A stretch of 63,879 nt of DNA, counting the filler, from Octopus bimaculoides (Eukaryota), in NCBI RefSeq assembly GCF_001194135.2. It is 8 parts of 7 records of this genome, joined end to end, with 100 filler letters (N's around TTAATTAATTAA, not from the genome) between each part and the next. Parts side by side here need not be neighbours in the genome. Positions count along the whole stretch, not along the records: positions 60,997 to 62,210 come from NW_026324888.1; positions 62,311 to 63,879 come from NC_068989.1; 6 more parts are not named here. The stretch is one strand, 5' to 3'. Of this stretch, positions 61,601 through 63,879 are shown in pieces (the first letter of the stretch is position 1; every line of letters starts with the position of its first letter). The notes below the pieces were generated by a model, which was given only the letters and a program-made list of their open reading frames with translations, made no database searches and was not told the DNA's origin. Both the position numbers and the translations under genes were made by a program.

Positions 61601-62310
61601 ATGTATACATATATACATACATACATACATATATACATACATAAATACATACATGCACATGTATATGTATGTATATGCGTATAGACGTACATGTTTATGA
61701 GCATATACATGCAAATATCTGTATTCATGAGACATGCATGTATACAAACATATTTACTTACATATATATATAAATAGAGAGAAAGATAGATAAATAGACA
61801 GGGACATGTATGCCAATATACATTACCAATATACATGCAGAAATGTTTGCATATAAACATAGTTACATGCATACGTGGGTATATACGTAGTCATTACTTA
61901 TATACAAACAAATATACCTGAATATACATACACAAAACGTGATATATATGCATATATATATATATATACATAGTTATATATATGTATTTCTACATTCCGA
62001 AATGTTTGTACATAAACTTACATCCAGACAAACATAAATACAGTACCTATATACATACATGCATACGTGCATAAATACTTACATAAACATATACATACAT
62101 GCATATATACATATATGGTTACAGACATACATATGTACATACGAACATATTTGCACTGAAATAAACATACTGTTGTTAAACGTTTCTGTAAAGTGCCGGA
62201 CTCTCATAGTNNNNNNNNNNNNNNNNNNNNNNNNNNNNNNNNNNNNNNNNNNNNTTAATTAATTAANNNNNNNNNNNNNNNNNNNNNNNNNNNNNNNNNN
62301 NNNNNNNNNN

Positions 62311-62425
62311 GAGGAAGAGGGGGAGGAGAAGGAGGAGGAGGAGAAGGAGGAAGAGGAGGAGAAGGAGGAAGAGGAGGAGGAAGAGAAGGAGAAGGAGGAA
62401 GAGGAGGAGGAGAAGGAGGAAGAGG
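62311..62425. repeat. Polypurine (GAG/GAA)n tract
   Basis: Direct reading. Confidence 0.9.
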
Positions 62426-63269
62426 GTGCTGATGATGGTCGTGTTGACGGTGATGGTAACATTAGATGTGTAGTGGTGGCGATGGTGATGGTGGTAATTA
62501 TACTGATTATTGTAATAGTAAAACCGATTGAGAGGTGGTAATAGTGATGATGGTAGTGGTGGCGGCGGCGGTGTCGGCCATAGAAATTGCTGGTAATTTT
62601 TAACGTATTACGACTTTGTGCAGACGTTAAATAATGGTTGTTGTGTATAGTGAACTTAGTTAACCATGAGTACGCGATGTAATGCCAGATGTGACACTGA
62701 TACATGACCGAAGGCGTTTTCACCGTGACCCTCCCATTTTCGTTTTACGGCCTTTTGTATTTTTCAGTGTATTATTCAATGTTCCTTCTCATTTTTTTTT
62801 TTTTATTTATATATTTATTTAACCTGCCGGGCTTGATTTGTGTCATAATTCTTATTGAGGCCCTGTCTTAGTTATGGATCAAACAACAGAAGATGGCCAT
62901 GTGGTCAAGGAATACATGACTAGGAAGAGAGCTAGACTCTGGGCAAGTGTCACACAGGCCTAGCAGTATTGACATGCCCTGATGTCACGTGAAACAGTCC
63001 CTCATTTTAAAGGTTAAATGAAGTTTTGTGCCTCATGAGTAAGCTCATGGAAGAGCGGAAGTCCAGCAGAGTAAAGTGTAATTAAACCAAGAGGCAAAAA
63101 AGGTAACTGTTGCTGTCTTTTTCCCAAAGAAAAATATTAATCTCCACACTTTATCAAAGCACGCAAAGACAAGATTGCGTGTAGGAAAGATGGGGGTATG
63201 GCGGTCCAAGATCGTCAATACTTCCCGAACCTCAAAGATTTTTGCACCAAGGAGCGGTTTTATGTTTAG

Positions 63270-63435
63270 GTCCCTATAACTTAGCGGTTCCGCAAAAAAA
63301 GGCGGTAAAATAAGTACCAGGCTTTAGAAAATAAGTCCTGGGGTCGATTCATTCGACTCAAAATTCTTCGAGGTGGTGCCCCAGCATGGCCGCAGTCTAA
63401 TGACTAAAACAAATGAAATACAAAAAATAAAAGAC
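63270..63435 (+). mobile_element. SINE family B 3' half
   Basis: TAACTTAGCGGTTCCGC...AATAAGTCCTGGGGTCGATT...CCAGCATGGCCGCAGTC. Confidence 0.85.
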
Positions 63436-63499
63436 AGCGAAGCGATCGCAAATTTCTGTGAAAGGATTATTGAACATAAGCCAACTGTAAATATATTCT

Positions 63500-63879
63500 T
63501 TTCTGCTCTAGGCACAAGGCCCGAAATTTTTGGGGAAGGGACCAGTCGATTAGATCAACTCCAGTACGCAACTGGTACTTAATTTATCGACCCCAAAAGG
63601 ATGAAAGGTAAAGTCGACTTCTGCGGAATTTGAACTCAGAACGTAGAAACAGACGAAATACCGCTAAGCATTTTGCCCGGCGTGCTAACGTTTCTTATTT
63701 CTTTATTATCCACAAGGGGCTAAACATAGAGGGGACAAACAAGGACAGACAAAGGGATTAAGTCCATTGCATCGGCCCCAGTGCGTAACTGGTACTTAAT
63801 TTATCGACCCCGAAAGGATGAAAGGCAAAGTCGACCTCGGCGGAATTTGAACTCAGAACGTAACAGCAGACGAAATACC
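63500..63879 (-). mobile_element. SINE family A head-to-tail array with LINE-like tail (runs off the window)
   Basis: Junction AATAAG|AAACGTTAGCACG at 63694/63693, identical to the junction at 23978/23979. Confidence 0.9.

Noticed and set aside
26973-62266. Seven copies of TTAATTAATTAA, each flanked by N runs (26973, 49268, 56222, 57695, 59087, 60941, 62255)
   Set aside because: Identical 12-mer with stops in all frames, centred in ~100-nt gaps: a scaffolding linker, not biology.

Overview
AT-rich, repeat-dominated eukaryotic (animal) DNA with about 7.8 kb (~12%) of N gaps. The SINE families, microsatellite density and N-flanked TTAATTAATTAA scaffold linkers suggest an octopus/coleoid draft assembly (inference). 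No complete gene is visible, and nearly all ORF-track entries are microsatellite or gap artefacts. Recognisable content: (1) decayed autonomous elements: two RTE LINE pieces, two Tx1/L1-like ORF2 pieces, two mariner elements, a maT-like 3' end, a Buster/Charlie hAT transposase pseudogene and a Helitron Rep remnant; (2) non-autonomous elements: a Merlin-like MITE with perfect 28-bp TIRs, an 8-bp TSD and internal TTAGGG repeats, a DINE-1/HINE-like element, a candidate solo LTR, Penelope-like fragments with minimal hammerhead-like motifs, and several tRNA-derived SINE families; (3) minus-strand candidate exons, including one tandemly duplicated pair at 41.9 and 44.5 kb. The most interesting signals are the hammerhead-like motifs with a covarying stem, a SINE subfamily with a LINE-like tail that appears to insert into its own family at AACGT sites, an RTE with twin-priming geometry, a mariner made of two 5' ends, and several spacer-less palindromes. 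Element family names come from motifs recognised by eye, not from database searches.
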